Sequence record: OQ031493.1
DNA: 64,000 nt
Reading direction: 5' to 3' (one strand)
Positions 22,283 to 37,410 of this stretch are shown piece by piece (position 1 is the first letter of the stretch; every line of letters starts with the position of its first letter). The translations under genes were made by a program, and so were the position numbers. A model generated the notes under the pieces. That model was given only the letters and a program-made list of their open reading frames with translations. It searched no databases and was not told the DNA's origin.

Positions 22283-23398
22283 TTACTTTAGATTTTCATC
22301 GCATACATTGAGTATGGCAGTCAAATTACGACATGTTAACTTAAATAGGTCATGATAAGGAATAGCCAACCAATCAACATATGTTTCTACCAATGAAACA
22401 AGTTCTTGTATTTCTCTATCAGGCCGCCCTTCATTACGAGCACGTGTTAGTTCATCTCTAAACCTGATTAACGCGCCTTTAAGAGTCCTTAACCGTTCAT
22501 TTCGACGTGTACGCATTGACGCAGCATTTGCACGATTGATCTTATCAACTACCTTAACAACTCGATCAATAATACTTTCAGTAACTTGATGGTTGAAATG
22601 TTCAAATTCTATTTCAACTGGTAGTGGTCTAGGGGTTTCTTCAGATGGAACTAACCGTGAAGAAATATCCCTACACTGATCATAAGCACTTGCATTCTTA
22701 TCAGGATTATAGTTAATTACAATCTGATGATTGCCTAGCAAATGCAACGATACAAATCGATTACCTTGATCACGATAAATAGATGGCGTGGTGATTTTAG
22801 TTGGAGCACTGTTTAATAGTAGTTCTGCTAATGCATCTGGACTAGCATTTGGAGTCATATACGAGGGTATGATACTAGCTGGTCTTAGGATGACATTGTC
22901 TAATCCATTAATATACCCATCAACTACTGTCTCTAACACACGTAAGTGAGATAGCAAATTAGCACTATTGGTAATGGGTTTATATCTAACACTTAAGTTC
23001 TGAATACGGGTTGTAATTAGGAATGTAGGATTCTTATTTTTACGAGTTCTAGCACGACTGTTAACTCGTAAGTTTTCTGCTCGAATTGCAACATATTCAG
23101 CTGTAGCTGCTAATACTACTCCACTATCCATTAGTTTCTCAATAGTGGTGACAAATAGTTTAATAACTCGATCAATGACATGTTTAATAGTATCACTAAT
23201 ATCTTCAGTAGATACCACATCCTCTAATTCTTTGATAACCCCTTGGATCTGATTATAATCTTCCATGCCACCTAATAGATCCATCACTCGCCTAGCTAAT
23301 GCTTCATCGCCTGATAATAAATCTGCAAGTCTTTTAGGTTCATCAAGATCAATAATCATTTCATCTGGTGTATCTTTATAAATATCAATTAATTCCAT
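22283..23398 (-). CDS. Internal head protein (gp96 ortholog)
   Basis: 371 aa; GMEDY and VSTEDIS processing-like motifs; synteny. Confidence 0.75.
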   Translation of the reverse strand: MELIDIYKDTPDEMIIDLDEPKRLADLLSGDEALARRVMDLLGGMEDYNQIQGVIKELEDVVSTEDISDTIKHVIDRVIKLFVTTIEKLMDSGVVLAATAEYVAIRAENLRVNSRARTRKNKNPTFLITTRIQNLSVRYKPITNSANLLSHLRVLETVVDGYINGLDNVILRPASIIPSYMTPNASPDALAELLLNSAPTKITTPSIYRDQGNRFVSLHLLGNHQIVINYNPDKNASAYDQCRDISSRLVPSEETPRPLPVEIEFEHFNHQVTESIIDRVVKVVDKINRANAASMRTRRNERLRTLKGALIRFRDELTRARNEGRPDREIQELVSLVETYVDWLAIPYHDLFKLTCRNLTAILNVCDENLK

Positions 23399-23416
23399 TG
23401 CTAACTCCTAACATAA

Positions 23417-23440
23417 GACGGGACTCTTCCGAGCCCCGTC
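23417..23440. terminator. Hairpin terminator
   Basis: GACGGGACTC-TTCC-GAGCCCCGTC flanked by CATAA and AATATG. Confidence 0.75.
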
Positions 23441-23459
23441 AATATGCCGTCACCTATCA

Positions 23460-25103
23460 TTATTCTGCTTGGAATTTAGTGTTAATTACACTATTATAAA
23501 GTCCAGTTGCAGTATTTGCGTAACGCATTGCTTCACGAATAATGGAGTCATGTTTAGGTGCACTATCTGTAATAATAGATGCTACCTTACGTGATACTTC
23601 TTCGATCTGTTCTTTAGAAACATCGTCGATTTTATCACTCTCTAATTTTCGTGAAAGTAGATCAACATCATCTTCAAGTTGCTTAATGGCTTTAACAATA
23701 TTCCGACCGCCAGTGATAACATTAGCTGCATCATCAACCAGATTACGTAAAGCTACTGCTTCTTTCTTAGCTTGACTCTTATCAAAGTTCTTTAAAGTCA
23801 CTTCAGTGCCAGGTTCTGCGGCTGTCTCGTCATCCGTTAGATATACTTGAGTAGCAGTCGTAGTTACAAGCTTATTACCCGGTAAAGTATTAGATGTACT
23901 AGCGTAGTGTTTGAGAGGTCCATCTTGAAGTTTGTCCATCTTCTCAACTAATTCACTAGCATCATTACGTTCTGGATCCCAAGCTTTAAGCACAGTGCCA
24001 ATATTCGTTAAGTAGGTAGCATAGTCTTTTGCATAAACGGATGCCATCCATTTAATGATCGGACCATATCCAACATTAGCTGAAGGCTGAATGAATTTAC
24101 CATTAGCAAATACGGGTCCACCATTTTTAACAGGAACCGTTAATTCACTGGGTATATTTTCAAACTTAGCATTTTGGATAGCTAAAATGAGTTCATCAAC
24201 TTTTACGCTAACACGCGGTACACTATTCTTAAGACTATTCCATACGTGGCTAATAATTTCACGTAGTTTAGCAATAGCTTTCTTGATATAAGCAAGTGCC
24301 TTACGACTTAACTCTTTAATATCTTCAGTTGAAATCTTAACTGGATATAAATGACTTTTACCACCAGTCGTATAGTTTTCTAATGAGCTAGTTAAAGTAT
24401 TATCACCAAGTACATGACGATGTGGTAAGAGTGCAGAATGAATAAATGCAGCTGTGCTCTGACTGATACCATTTACACCAGCTTGTCGAACAAGAGCTTT
24501 AATTGACTCTAGAGCATATGCGGTATTTAGACCTTGATTGATATCTTGCACTGCTGTAGTAACTACTTGTGCATTACCAATGTCCATGAAATCAGTAGGT
24601 TTATCCATATCCACTGCAACAGCGATCTGTGGCACCACGCCATTATGTGCTAGTGGAATAGAACTATCTTTGGCAGCCTGGTCAGCGATTTGCTGAGTTA
24701 CTGTTTCACCACCTTGTGGATCCTCTCCTTCGGCACCTGCTGGAATAACTGTTTCAACAGCAACATTAGGTTGTTCAGGAATAGGGGGTACTTCTGTTAC
24801 TACATCTGTTTCAACTACGGTAACTGGTACAGTAGATTGTTCAACGAGAGTAGCAGCTGGAGTCTCAACAATAACGCCATCATTAGGGGTATTAATAATA
24901 GTGGTATCTGCTTCCACCGGTGCAGTTGGTGTTACACCAATATTATTGTCAGCTACATCTTGAATAGTATTTTCAGGTACAGCGTCTTCAGAAGTGCAAT
25001 CGCCACTAGTCATGGCTGCTACTTTATCAACTGCTGTTTCAGGAATAGGTACCTCAGTATAGTCTTCTAGACTATCTAGATACTCATTGAGTTTAAATGT
25101 CAT
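23460..25103 (-). CDS. Inner-body/internal head protein (gp95 ortholog)
   Basis: 547 aa; acidic propeptide, GISQSTAAFIH, SLENY, ISTEDIKE. Confidence 0.8.
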   Translation of the reverse strand: MTFKLNEYLDSLEDYTEVPIPETAVDKVAAMTSGDCTSEDAVPENTIQDVADNNIGVTPTAPVEADTTIINTPNDGVIVETPAATLVEQSTVPVTVVETDVVTEVPPIPEQPNVAVETVIPAGAEGEDPQGGETVTQQIADQAAKDSSIPLAHNGVVPQIAVAVDMDKPTDFMDIGNAQVVTTAVQDINQGLNTAYALESIKALVRQAGVNGISQSTAAFIHSALLPHRHVLGDNTLTSSLENYTTGGKSHLYPVKISTEDIKELSRKALAYIKKAIAKLREIISHVWNSLKNSVPRVSVKVDELILAIQNAKFENIPSELTVPVKNGGPVFANGKFIQPSANVGYGPIIKWMASVYAKDYATYLTNIGTVLKAWDPERNDASELVEKMDKLQDGPLKHYASTSNTLPGNKLVTTTATQVYLTDDETAAEPGTEVTLKNFDKSQAKKEAVALRNLVDDAANVITGGRNIVKAIKQLEDDVDLLSRKLESDKIDDVSKEQIEEVSRKVASIITDSAPKHDSIIREAMRYANTATGLYNSVINTKFQAE

Positions 25104-25190
25104 GTTATTTCCTCAAGGAATTTCTTTGCGCGCGTTTAACAATAAACCATAGAATTAGGTACTTAGATAAAAATGAACACTTAGATATAT

Positions 25191-26708
25191 TTATTGGCCA
25201 TATCTTTCTAATTCCATATTACAAACAGCATTTCGTTGCTTTGCAATACGTAATAGGTAACTAATTAGTGTGGCGTATTCAGGAGACATATCTGTGATAA
25301 AGCCATTAACTAAAGATATAATCTCATTTGCATCATCACGAGCACCTTTCCAAATAGCTCTAGATCTACGTAGCTCCATGTCTTCAATACCCTGTGCAAC
25401 TTTCTTCAGTTGTTCAAGGATATCTTTTTCAGCTTTAAATAGATCACCTAAACGACGAATAGTTTCTTTATTAACTTCTAATGTTTTACGTACTTCAACA
25501 GGTGACCTTGGCTCGATCGTGATTGTATCTGGACCATCGCCATATTTATCTTCACCAAGTCGTGGAGCATATTTATCTTTCTGGAATATAAGTTTACTAT
25601 TACCAGGTAGAGAAGTATCTTTTACTTTATCTAACTGATTAGCTTCACCAATAAATTCAAAAGCCTCTTTAAACTTATCTAGCTCATTATCTTCTAAGTC
25701 GTAATCTTTAATTAATTTAACTACTTTATCAATGTTTGATCTAGCTATATTTGGCCATTCTTTAGCTAGAAATTGACTAACTTTTGTTTCATTAGTTAAA
25801 TCATCTAAAACAAATTCATCACCAATGAATAACATTTTAGGATTGTCAATCTTAATTGACACATCAAAATCAGGTGTTACCCTTTCATTTGATACGGTTG
25901 GTTTATTGATTAGGCTTTTAGCTTTTTCAATTAACTCATCAGTTTTATCTTCAACCGATTTGATCCCAATTAGTATACGCTGAGCAGCTAATTTCGCTTG
26001 TTCAATAACATGAAGTATTAAAGCTAATATCTTTTTACCTATACTTTCAATACGTTCTTTTATTTCTTCTTGAGAAATAGTTACAAAACGCATAGCACTG
26101 CTAGGCACGGCATTAAATTCTTTAGTATTATTATTTTCAAAACCAATTAGTTTATCAATTGATTCTAAAGTGACTTGCATAAAAGCAGCTGACTGCTTAG
26201 TAATACCTTTATCACCAGCGGTATCTAATAAATCTATAAAACATTCTAAACTACTACGCGTATGTAGTAGCTGATTTAGCTGATATGTCATGTTTTGAGA
26301 TGGAGGTGCATCATACGCAAAGATATTTAAATGGTCATCATCACTATCTAAATCTTTACCATCCACTGGAGTAGGTCTATTATCAGGACTTTCTCGGGTA
26401 TCATGGGGTGATACTGGATATTCTTCTGATGCAATGTATGTTTTACCAAATGAATCAACTTCAGTAACTAAACCACGATCACTAGACCAATGGATATTGG
26501 GTTTATGTGCTTCTTCAACATCTAACCCATTATTAGTTGCTTTTACATCATTTGGTAATTCATCAATTAACTTGGCAGCTTCTTCTGGTTCTTTAGATAT
26601 TTGTTTGTCATCTATAGCAGCGTGCTTTAGTTTGGCTTTCGCGACTTTTTCTTTTACTTCGACAACGCCATAACCTTCTAAACTATCAAGTAACTTATTT
26701 AAGTTCAT
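25191..26708 (-). CDS. Internal head protein (gp94 ortholog)
   Basis: 505 aa; GITKQSAAFMQVTLESID, ISQEEIKE. Confidence 0.8.
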   Translation of the reverse strand: MNLNKLLDSLEGYGVVEVKEKVAKAKLKHAAIDDKQISKEPEEAAKLIDELPNDVKATNNGLDVEEAHKPNIHWSSDRGLVTEVDSFGKTYIASEEYPVSPHDTRESPDNRPTPVDGKDLDSDDDHLNIFAYDAPPSQNMTYQLNQLLHTRSSLECFIDLLDTAGDKGITKQSAAFMQVTLESIDKLIGFENNNTKEFNAVPSSAMRFVTISQEEIKERIESIGKKILALILHVIEQAKLAAQRILIGIKSVEDKTDELIEKAKSLINKPTVSNERVTPDFDVSIKIDNPKMLFIGDEFVLDDLTNETKVSQFLAKEWPNIARSNIDKVVKLIKDYDLEDNELDKFKEAFEFIGEANQLDKVKDTSLPGNSKLIFQKDKYAPRLGEDKYGDGPDTITIEPRSPVEVRKTLEVNKETIRRLGDLFKAEKDILEQLKKVAQGIEDMELRRSRAIWKGARDDANEIISLVNGFITDMSPEYATLISYLLRIAKQRNAVCNMELERYGQ

Positions 26709-26745
26709 TTACAATTCCTCAAGAATACTTAATTACATAGCATAA

Positions 26746-26767
26746 GAGGAACCCCGAAGGGTTCCTC
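26746..26767. terminator. Hairpin terminator
   Basis: GAGGAACCC-CGAA-GGGTTCCTC flanked by CATAA and ATTATG. Confidence 0.8.
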
Positions 26768-26777
26768 ATTATGTTTG

Positions 26778-28085
26778 TTACTTCTCATCATTCTCAGGTG
26801 CTTTAGAAGTTTCTTTGCCGTACGCAGCTAATTCATGTTTAACAATGAATGTATACTGCGCAGCGATGCATTTAGCAATATAGTTAACTAGTGCACTATT
26901 ATCAATGCCACCAATATTCAGTGCATCACGCGCTGTTTCTTTTGACATGCCTGCTTCATCAGGATTCCAATCAGCTAGGGCCTTTTCAAGATTCTCTGCA
27001 ATCTTGTAATCGATCTTATTAAAGTCTTGTAGTTTGATAATAAGACCTTTAAGAATATTAAGATGTGCTAAGATCTTACTCGGTGCACGGACATCAACTT
27101 CAACTTCATGTAGATCAGTGTCCCCATCACCCTTAACAACTTCCCACTTATTTACACCTGACTTAGAAGAAGTAACTTCTAACTTTACATTACCAGGAGC
27201 TTTCTCAACGGCTTTATTAATATCTTCAGCCATCTTAGTTTGTAAATCACTGGTGACCTGATTAATGTCAATAGACTCGTCACCTTTTAGATAACGTACT
27301 CCAAGTTCACCATATTTCCTAAGAGCAGATACATACTGAGTTGAGAATACAGTCATGAAGTCTGCAATAGTCTTCGGATTATTTGCAATAAAGCCACCAC
27401 TAGATACCATATACTCAGAAGGAGTAAACTTAATCTCTTCTTCCTTTAGATCACCGGCTTTGAGTGATTTAATAGCATCAATAGTTTTAGTAATACGCAT
27501 ATCAAGTGCAATCAGCTTAGGATTAAAATCTTTAATCTTCTGCTTTATCATTGCAACAATCTTCTTGATAATCTCTAAAGCTTTCTTACCTGCTTCTTTT
27601 AGTTTCTCTTTGAGGTCTTCAAGAGAGATAACTGCTGCTTTCTGAATAGCACTGCGTGGGGAAGCATCGTAATTCTCAAGCGCGGCAGTGAGTCCAGATT
27701 TTTCAATACCTAGGATACGATCGATTGATTCCATACCAACATGCATGAAGGCAGCTGCTTGTCGAGAGATACCATCTTCACCAGCTTGAAGTAAAAGACC
27801 TTGGAACTTTTCAAGTGCTTCTTTAGCATCTTCAATTAGCCCTAGTTCATCTTCAGCTTGAACAATAGTCACTTCAGTATCTAACGCAGTGGGCTGAACA
27901 GCATCATCTGCATCAAGAACTTCTTCTACGGGATTATTTTCAATCTGATCTACTTCTGCTAAAACGGATGATACATCAGCAGAAGTTTTATTTTCAACGA
28001 CTAATTCAACATCACCATGAATCGTAGTGCCTTGATCTTCAATTGATTCAAGTGATAGTTTGTCTAGCATTTTAAGTAGAGACAT
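26778..28085 (-). CDS. Inner-body/internal head protein (gp93 ortholog)
   Basis: 435 aa; GISRQAAAFMHVGMESID, ALENY, ISLEDLKE. Confidence 0.82.
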   Translation of the reverse strand: MSLLKMLDKLSLESIEDQGTTIHGDVELVVENKTSADVSSVLAEVDQIENNPVEEVLDADDAVQPTALDTEVTIVQAEDELGLIEDAKEALEKFQGLLLQAGEDGISRQAAAFMHVGMESIDRILGIEKSGLTAALENYDASPRSAIQKAAVISLEDLKEKLKEAGKKALEIIKKIVAMIKQKIKDFNPKLIALDMRITKTIDAIKSLKAGDLKEEEIKFTPSEYMVSSGGFIANNPKTIADFMTVFSTQYVSALRKYGELGVRYLKGDESIDINQVTSDLQTKMAEDINKAVEKAPGNVKLEVTSSKSGVNKWEVVKGDGDTDLHEVEVDVRAPSKILAHLNILKGLIIKLQDFNKIDYKIAENLEKALADWNPDEAGMSKETARDALNIGGIDNSALVNYIAKCIAAQYTFIVKHELAAYGKETSKAPENDEK

Positions 28086-28090
28086 GTTAA

Positions 28091-29413
28091 TTACCTTACC
28101 TGGGAGGGATTATTTACTTGTTCTTGCGTAGGTCTTTGAATTGGACGCTGGTAAGCTTTTAATTCTAACTCGGTCACGAATACTAGTCGACCCATTACTC
28201 TGACTAAACCAGCAAGAGCATTACTAAAATCTGTTATAACGCGACTTACATTATTGATCATTAATGTAATTGAATTAATGATATTCGAGATAGCAGGGAT
28301 ACCATCGGGTGCATCAGGATCTTGAACTTTTGCTTGACGATTTCGCATATTAGATTGTTGTGCCCGAATCCTACCAGCTTGTTGACGATTAGTCTCAGCT
28401 AACTGCATTAACCTACCAAATTCAAAATCTAGTTTAGTGGCATAGTCTTTTCTAGCATCTATACGTTTAGCCATTTCGCTTAATAATACTAACCGTCTTC
28501 CAATTGAACTCGTATCATTAACCTTAAAGGTATTGTTACCTTCAGGTGCATCCTTCATAGTAGGAATAGTATAAAACTTAAAGGCAAAATCACGGACAGT
28601 GTTTACTAAAAAATCCCAATCCCTGATCTCTTCAGTCTGTGTTTCAGTTGGCCCTGCACCAAATAAAGTTTTATTACCTTGAACTGGCATACTACGATAA
28701 ACTGTAGAACTTACTCTAAATCTATCATCTTTCTTAATAGGTACTGCACCCTTCATCCAGTTCTTAACATTAAACTTACTAAAGTCTTGTGCAGCTCTAT
28801 CAGTCCATTTTTCATCAAATGATAATTTCCTAAGGATATCCGCTACAGATTGGATATACAAGAGTAGGGATTTATCATAGAAAGCTATCAAGTTGTTAAC
28901 TTGCATGAGTATCGGATCAACTGTAGTCGGTTCGAATTTACCATCAATACTAAATCGTTTAGTATTTTTAAATTTTAATTCTTGCTTAAATGGCTCATGC
29001 TTAATATTTTCAGCTCTTTCTAAAAGCATGTTTATTCGTTCAAGAGTACGTTGATTACCTTGTGTAATAACACGTGCATACTCTTTTAACTCATCTCGAT
29101 GCTTTGCTTGGGATTTTTTCATTTCATCCCAGGTATTTCGTGCTGTCTTAGATAGGTCTTCTAATGACACATTCTCAGTTTTTAGAATGTGTTCACTAAC
29201 AACATCTTGGTTATCTGTATATTTTTGAAATAAGCCATCGGTATAGGTTTTAACTAAAATGTCTTTTTCAGTGCATTCTAATCTACTTTGAATATCTTCA
29301 ATTGATGGCAATAATTCTTTTAGATATCCATCGCATGTAGCGATCATATCGACGGGGCTGTCCCCGTCGATTGATTCAAGTAAGACCGAATGACTAAGTG
29401 AATTATTAGTCAT
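28091..29413 (-). CDS. Internal head protein (gp92 ortholog)
   Basis: 440 aa; VSLEDLS motif; synteny. Confidence 0.75.
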   Translation of the reverse strand: MTNNSLSHSVLLESIDGDSPVDMIATCDGYLKELLPSIEDIQSRLECTEKDILVKTYTDGLFQKYTDNQDVVSEHILKTENVSLEDLSKTARNTWDEMKKSQAKHRDELKEYARVITQGNQRTLERINMLLERAENIKHEPFKQELKFKNTKRFSIDGKFEPTTVDPILMQVNNLIAFYDKSLLLYIQSVADILRKLSFDEKWTDRAAQDFSKFNVKNWMKGAVPIKKDDRFRVSSTVYRSMPVQGNKTLFGAGPTETQTEEIRDWDFLVNTVRDFAFKFYTIPTMKDAPEGNNTFKVNDTSSIGRRLVLLSEMAKRIDARKDYATKLDFEFGRLMQLAETNRQQAGRIRAQQSNMRNRQAKVQDPDAPDGIPAISNIINSITLMINNVSRVITDFSNALAGLVRVMGRLVFVTELELKAYQRPIQRPTQEQVNNPSQVR

Positions 29414-29422
29414 AGATAGTCC

Positions 29423-29968
29423 TCAGTCCTTATCTATTACTTCTACAGATCCAAATAGTAGATGTAGGGTATACATTAGATCATTCATACCGTTTTTGTG
29501 TTTAACCCAATTCTGGATCATTGAAACAGTATCTAGATCTAATTTTAACTCATTAAAGAGAGTAGCAATTTCAGCGCGCGGTTCAATGAGTTGTGCACCA
29601 GCATCTGGTTCAGTAGCTAGTAACATTGGCCATTGGGTAATTGAAATACGTCGATGACCCGTAGCAATGTATCGAACAGTATCTAATAGGAATTGATAAT
29701 TATAACTATCAATATTACTATTATTGTCCTGTAGAATAAACCAATTATAGTTTCCGCTAAAAAGACGAATAGCACAAGCTAGAACTTTCTTATGGAATTC
29801 CCAATATGCAGTTTGTGCAGGAAAGTTGGTAAAGATAAGATATAGTTCTTCAACTTGAGGATCACCGGGACGAGCAGTGAACCGTGAAATGGCCTGTTGT
29901 TGACCACCTGAGTAATTACGACCAAATGGGCGTACAGCATTAGTTGCTGGCATATCAATGCCCTCCAT
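29423..29968 (-). CDS. Minor capsid protein (gp91 ortholog)
   Basis: 181 aa; TAATG coupling; synteny. Confidence 0.7.
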   Translation of the reverse strand: MEGIDMPATNAVRPFGRNYSGGQQQAISRFTARPGDPQVEELYLIFTNFPAQTAYWEFHKKVLACAIRLFSGNYNWFILQDNNSNIDSYNYQFLLDTVRYIATGHRRISITQWPMLLATEPDAGAQLIEPRAEIATLFNELKLDLDTVSMIQNWVKHKNGMNDLMYTLHLLFGSVEVIDKD

Positions 29969-30900
29969 TAGTGACCAAGAGATAGTAGATCACGATGGTT
30001 AGCAAAGAACTCAGATGCGCGATCTTGGATCATACCTAGGCGATAGTTATAATCAGAGATACGAATTTCATACTCTTTAATAAGCTTCTGTAGGCGTGCA
30101 TCCACTTTACCATTACTTTGCATTTCCCGCATTTCTTGTAAACGTAGTTGAAGTGCAAGGAATTCTTGCTCAGCTTCTTTAAAACGTTCAACCTGATACT
30201 CAGCTAAGAACTTGCCAAATAGCACGAACGGGTTCTGACGAGGTGAGAAGCCATCCATGTTAAGTGGATCACGTTGAGCTATAGAGAGAGCACTCACAGC
30301 TACATCATAAGTACCTTCATTGACTTCAGCACTAGATGCACGACTTAAGCGTTGTTTCAGTTCATTAGTCTTAAGACTCATTGCTGGATACAGAGTAATG
30401 AATTGCGCCATATTAGTGTATAGCCATTCTTTCTCAGCACGAGATGATTTTAATTCTGTAGCCTTACCTAATTTCATTGCTTCTTGTGCAATTAGATTTA
30501 GTAGTAGTTTACGGCCATAACGAATATAGAAACTAAGACCATCAACAAAACGTAACATGTTTGCACGGTCAAAGGTTAGATTAGAGTTAGTAAACTGAAT
30601 AGCAAATAAACGCCGGATTTCGCTTTCGATCATATCAAAGCTACCACGAATATTTGAAAGAGTATCCAGTACTAGTTTAATCGGTTCAGTATTAAAACTA
30701 ATCGCTCGCCGTAGTTCAGTAGATAACCGCATACCTAAATCTGATTTAAGTTGCATATTACCAAATACTTCACCTACATCGTCAATAATTGGTGCGAGAG
30801 TTGCATCATATTCTTCACGTAATGAACGGATTTGATTTAATAGTTCACGACGTTCAGTAACTGGTGCGAGTTCACGTACATAATCAATAATTCTCATCAC
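29968..30900 (-). CDS. Abundant head/inner-body protein (gp90 ortholog)
   Basis: 310 aa helical protein; synteny. Confidence 0.78.
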   Translation of the reverse strand: MMRIIDYVRELAPVTERRELLNQIRSLREEYDATLAPIIDDVGEVFGNMQLKSDLGMRLSTELRRAISFNTEPIKLVLDTLSNIRGSFDMIESEIRRLFAIQFTNSNLTFDRANMLRFVDGLSFYIRYGRKLLLNLIAQEAMKLGKATELKSSRAEKEWLYTNMAQFITLYPAMSLKTNELKQRLSRASSAEVNEGTYDVAVSALSIAQRDPLNMDGFSPRQNPFVLFGKFLAEYQVERFKEAEQEFLALQLRLQEMREMQSNGKVDARLQKLIKEYEIRISDYNYRLGMIQDRASEFFANHRDLLSLGH

Positions 30901-30907
30901 TCAGTCC

Positions 30908-32071
30908 TTAAATATTGGTAGACATGGTTTTATTCATCATTTTAAAGATCTCAGTGATATCCGGACCTTTATTCTTTTCAGCCATTTTAATTTCATCAAG
31001 TCGGTGAGATGTAGATAGATCAACCCCACGATGATAAATAGTTACTCGCTCATAACGGTCATCAATAACAACAAGCATCATTAGATAGCTATTGTCAAAG
31101 ATCTTTTGCCGAGTGGCGAAATCATCAATACGACCATAAAGAGAATTAGAAGCAGCTTTAAGAGTTGAAGTTGATACAATCGCGATATTTGATGCATCTG
31201 CTAATGAAACCGTACCACTGCGAACTGATTGTTTCCAGTTGTTACGGCGACGATCGGTGATTTGTTTATAAACACCTGATTTATCATTCATTAGAATGCG
31301 ATAATGTTCATCGATCATATCTTGACCTAGAACGAAGTCACGCCAGAATTTAATTTGACCAGTTTTTACTAGAAATAGGCGATGTAGCCAAGTATCTCGT
31401 CCACCAGCACTAAAGATGTGCGCAATAATCTGAGGACTAACAGCGGCTGGAATTAAACGGATCATAACAGGAATTTTAGCTTTCTGCTTTCCTGATTTAA
31501 CATCAACGTTAACCAGCTTACCAACGGCAAGGTTTTCAACTTCATAAATCTTTTGTGTATCACCACTAGAAATACTTTGTGCACTTGTACTTTCGTCATT
31601 CGCTTCCATTGAAGCTACCCAACGCTCATGTGAGTGTTCAGCGACGATATTTGGTAAATGCACAGGCTTCTCAAAAGACTCTAATGAAGGAAGACCATCA
31701 GAATACTCTTCGGCAGAGAATACACTAGTGCGAGTTACACCTGTACGGTTAGGATTAATAGTATCGAATACTTTTAAAGTATCAATCTTATCCACACCTA
31801 GAAGCATATTAACAGCTTGTAGATAATAACCAGTAAAAGACGATGAAACAAATTTCATAACGTCTTTCATGTAAGGTTGATCAACTAAGGTTTGGTCTAC
31901 GATGACCAATGGTTCAACACGAGTTGGACGTGCTAGATCGGTTAGAGAAGAAATCTCTACACCATTTTTAGTGGCTTGTAGGACAGTCTGCATTAGACCA
32001 CGTACACCTTGATCAGCAGCAACAGTCATCAGAGCAGAACTTACTGCTCCGGCGATTACAGGTAATGGCAT
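30908..32071 (-). CDS. Abundant head/inner-body protein (gp89 ortholog)
   Basis: 387 aa starting MPLPVIAG; SMEAND processing-like site; synteny. Confidence 0.8.
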   Translation of the reverse strand: MPLPVIAGAVSSALMTVAADQGVRGLMQTVLQATKNGVEISSLTDLARPTRVEPLVIVDQTLVDQPYMKDVMKFVSSSFTGYYLQAVNMLLGVDKIDTLKVFDTINPNRTGVTRTSVFSAEEYSDGLPSLESFEKPVHLPNIVAEHSHERWVASMEANDESTSAQSISSGDTQKIYEVENLAVGKLVNVDVKSGKQKAKIPVMIRLIPAAVSPQIIAHIFSAGGRDTWLHRLFLVKTGQIKFWRDFVLGQDMIDEHYRILMNDKSGVYKQITDRRRNNWKQSVRSGTVSLADASNIAIVSTSTLKAASNSLYGRIDDFATRQKIFDNSYLMMLVVIDDRYERVTIYHRGVDLSTSHRLDEIKMAEKNKGPDITEIFKMMNKTMSTNI

Positions 32072-32107
32072 TTTTCTCTTCCTATATGGGTTTGCAGAGA
32101 GTTATAA

Positions 32108-36079
<3,972 letters not shown>

Positions 36080-36087
36080 GGTCATAA

Positions 36088-36107
36088 GCCCTCCCCTAGG
36101 GGAGGGC
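36088..36107. terminator. Bidirectional hairpin terminator between convergent genes
   Basis: GCCCTCCC-CTAG-GGGAGGGC flanked by CATAA and ATTATG. Confidence 0.85.
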
Positions 36108-36120
36108 ATTATGTTGTATT

Positions 36121-37410
36121 TTACATTGCATAACCACGTTTAAAGTCATCAATGACTTTATCAAATCGACGCTGCCATTCGCGAATAGCATCATTGAAGC
36201 CATGGATCTTATAATCTTCACTAACTACTTGTGCACACTTACCATAATAGTTAAGTACGCAACTAGCTGCTAGATATTGTGCTTGAGAATATTCAAACAT
36301 CGTATCAGTAATACGACGCATACCTTCAAGGGAGGTATTAATTAATTGAACAGACTCACCAATAGCATCAATAGTTTCTTGACTATAGTTACGTGATAGT
36401 TGCTTTAATTTACGTAAAGCATCACTACTATTGCGATATGCTTTTAACAAATCATCAAGTGGTGCGACAAAACGATCTTTTAATAGATGTGAGTTTTTCC
36501 AGAAATTCTTATCGGGGAAATCTGGAATGCTTGAACGATCAGGATATACTGTAGATAGTTCATTGCACCGGGTAGCTAGTTTACCAATCTCACGGATGTT
36601 GACAATAGGCATAAGTGCACGATAATCATCACCATTGTAATTAACATATTCAATGATAGTGCCAACTAGCTTTTCCATTGTACCTAGTTCAGTACGTGCT
36701 TCATTATTAATATTAATGATTTCTTTCTGGTAGTATACACTGCCAAATGCAGCAGCATATACACGACTAGCTAGGATTTTAGGATCATCAATGATTGATT
36801 GTGCAATTGCATCAAACTTTTCTAGTAATGCATCCTTTCGATTACCTAATCGATTTTTAACTAGTAACTCTTGAAAGAGAGTACGTGCTTGATCAACTGC
36901 CCGGACAATCTTTCCATAACGAGTTGCTACAACAACATCACGCTTCTTAAAATCACTAATCCAACGCATCAGCTTAGCAAATAGTTCCATTAGTTTCTCA
37001 AACCAAGTCTTAAGAGTATTAATGATGGTAGCCATCACTGCCTCTTGAGAAATAGTCACATTAAGAGTACTACGGGTTGGTGTAAACATAGAAGCATATT
37101 GCTCAAGTGAAGCTACTGCTTTCTTAGGAGCTTCAAACCCTTCAGTGCTCATGCGCTTAACTAATGCTCGAATACCATCAACATCTGGTTTTGATACGCC
37201 TTCAAGTTTAGTGATTGCATAAATATCAGATAGCTGATGAATCGCTTCGACAGCTACACACATCTTAGCTAAAATTTCAGGAGCCGAGGCACTTGAAACA
37301 GTCTCTTCTTCGCCTTCAACCATCTCTGGTTGGTTCTCATCAAAGAAAAGTTTTTCCTCTTCGACATCTACTTCTTTAACATGAGACATGGGTTTAACCT
37401 CACTCATCAA
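36121..37410 (-). CDS. Minor capsid/internal head protein (gp86 ortholog)
   Basis: 429 aa; SLEQY and ISQEAV motifs like the gp93 family. Confidence 0.75.
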   Translation of the reverse strand: MMSEVKPMSHVKEVDVEEEKLFFDENQPEMVEGEEETVSSASAPEILAKMCVAVEAIHQLSDIYAITKLEGVSKPDVDGIRALVKRMSTEGFEAPKKAVASLEQYASMFTPTRSTLNVTISQEAVMATIINTLKTWFEKLMELFAKLMRWISDFKKRDVVVATRYGKIVRAVDQARTLFQELLVKNRLGNRKDALLEKFDAIAQSIIDDPKILASRVYAAAFGSVYYQKEIININNEARTELGTMEKLVGTIIEYVNYNGDDYRALMPIVNIREIGKLATRCNELSTVYPDRSSIPDFPDKNFWKNSHLLKDRFVAPLDDLLKAYRNSSDALRKLKQLSRNYSQETIDAIGESVQLINTSLEGMRRITDTMFEYSQAQYLAASCVLNYYGKCAQVVSEDYKIHGFNDAIREWQRRFDKVIDDFKRGYAM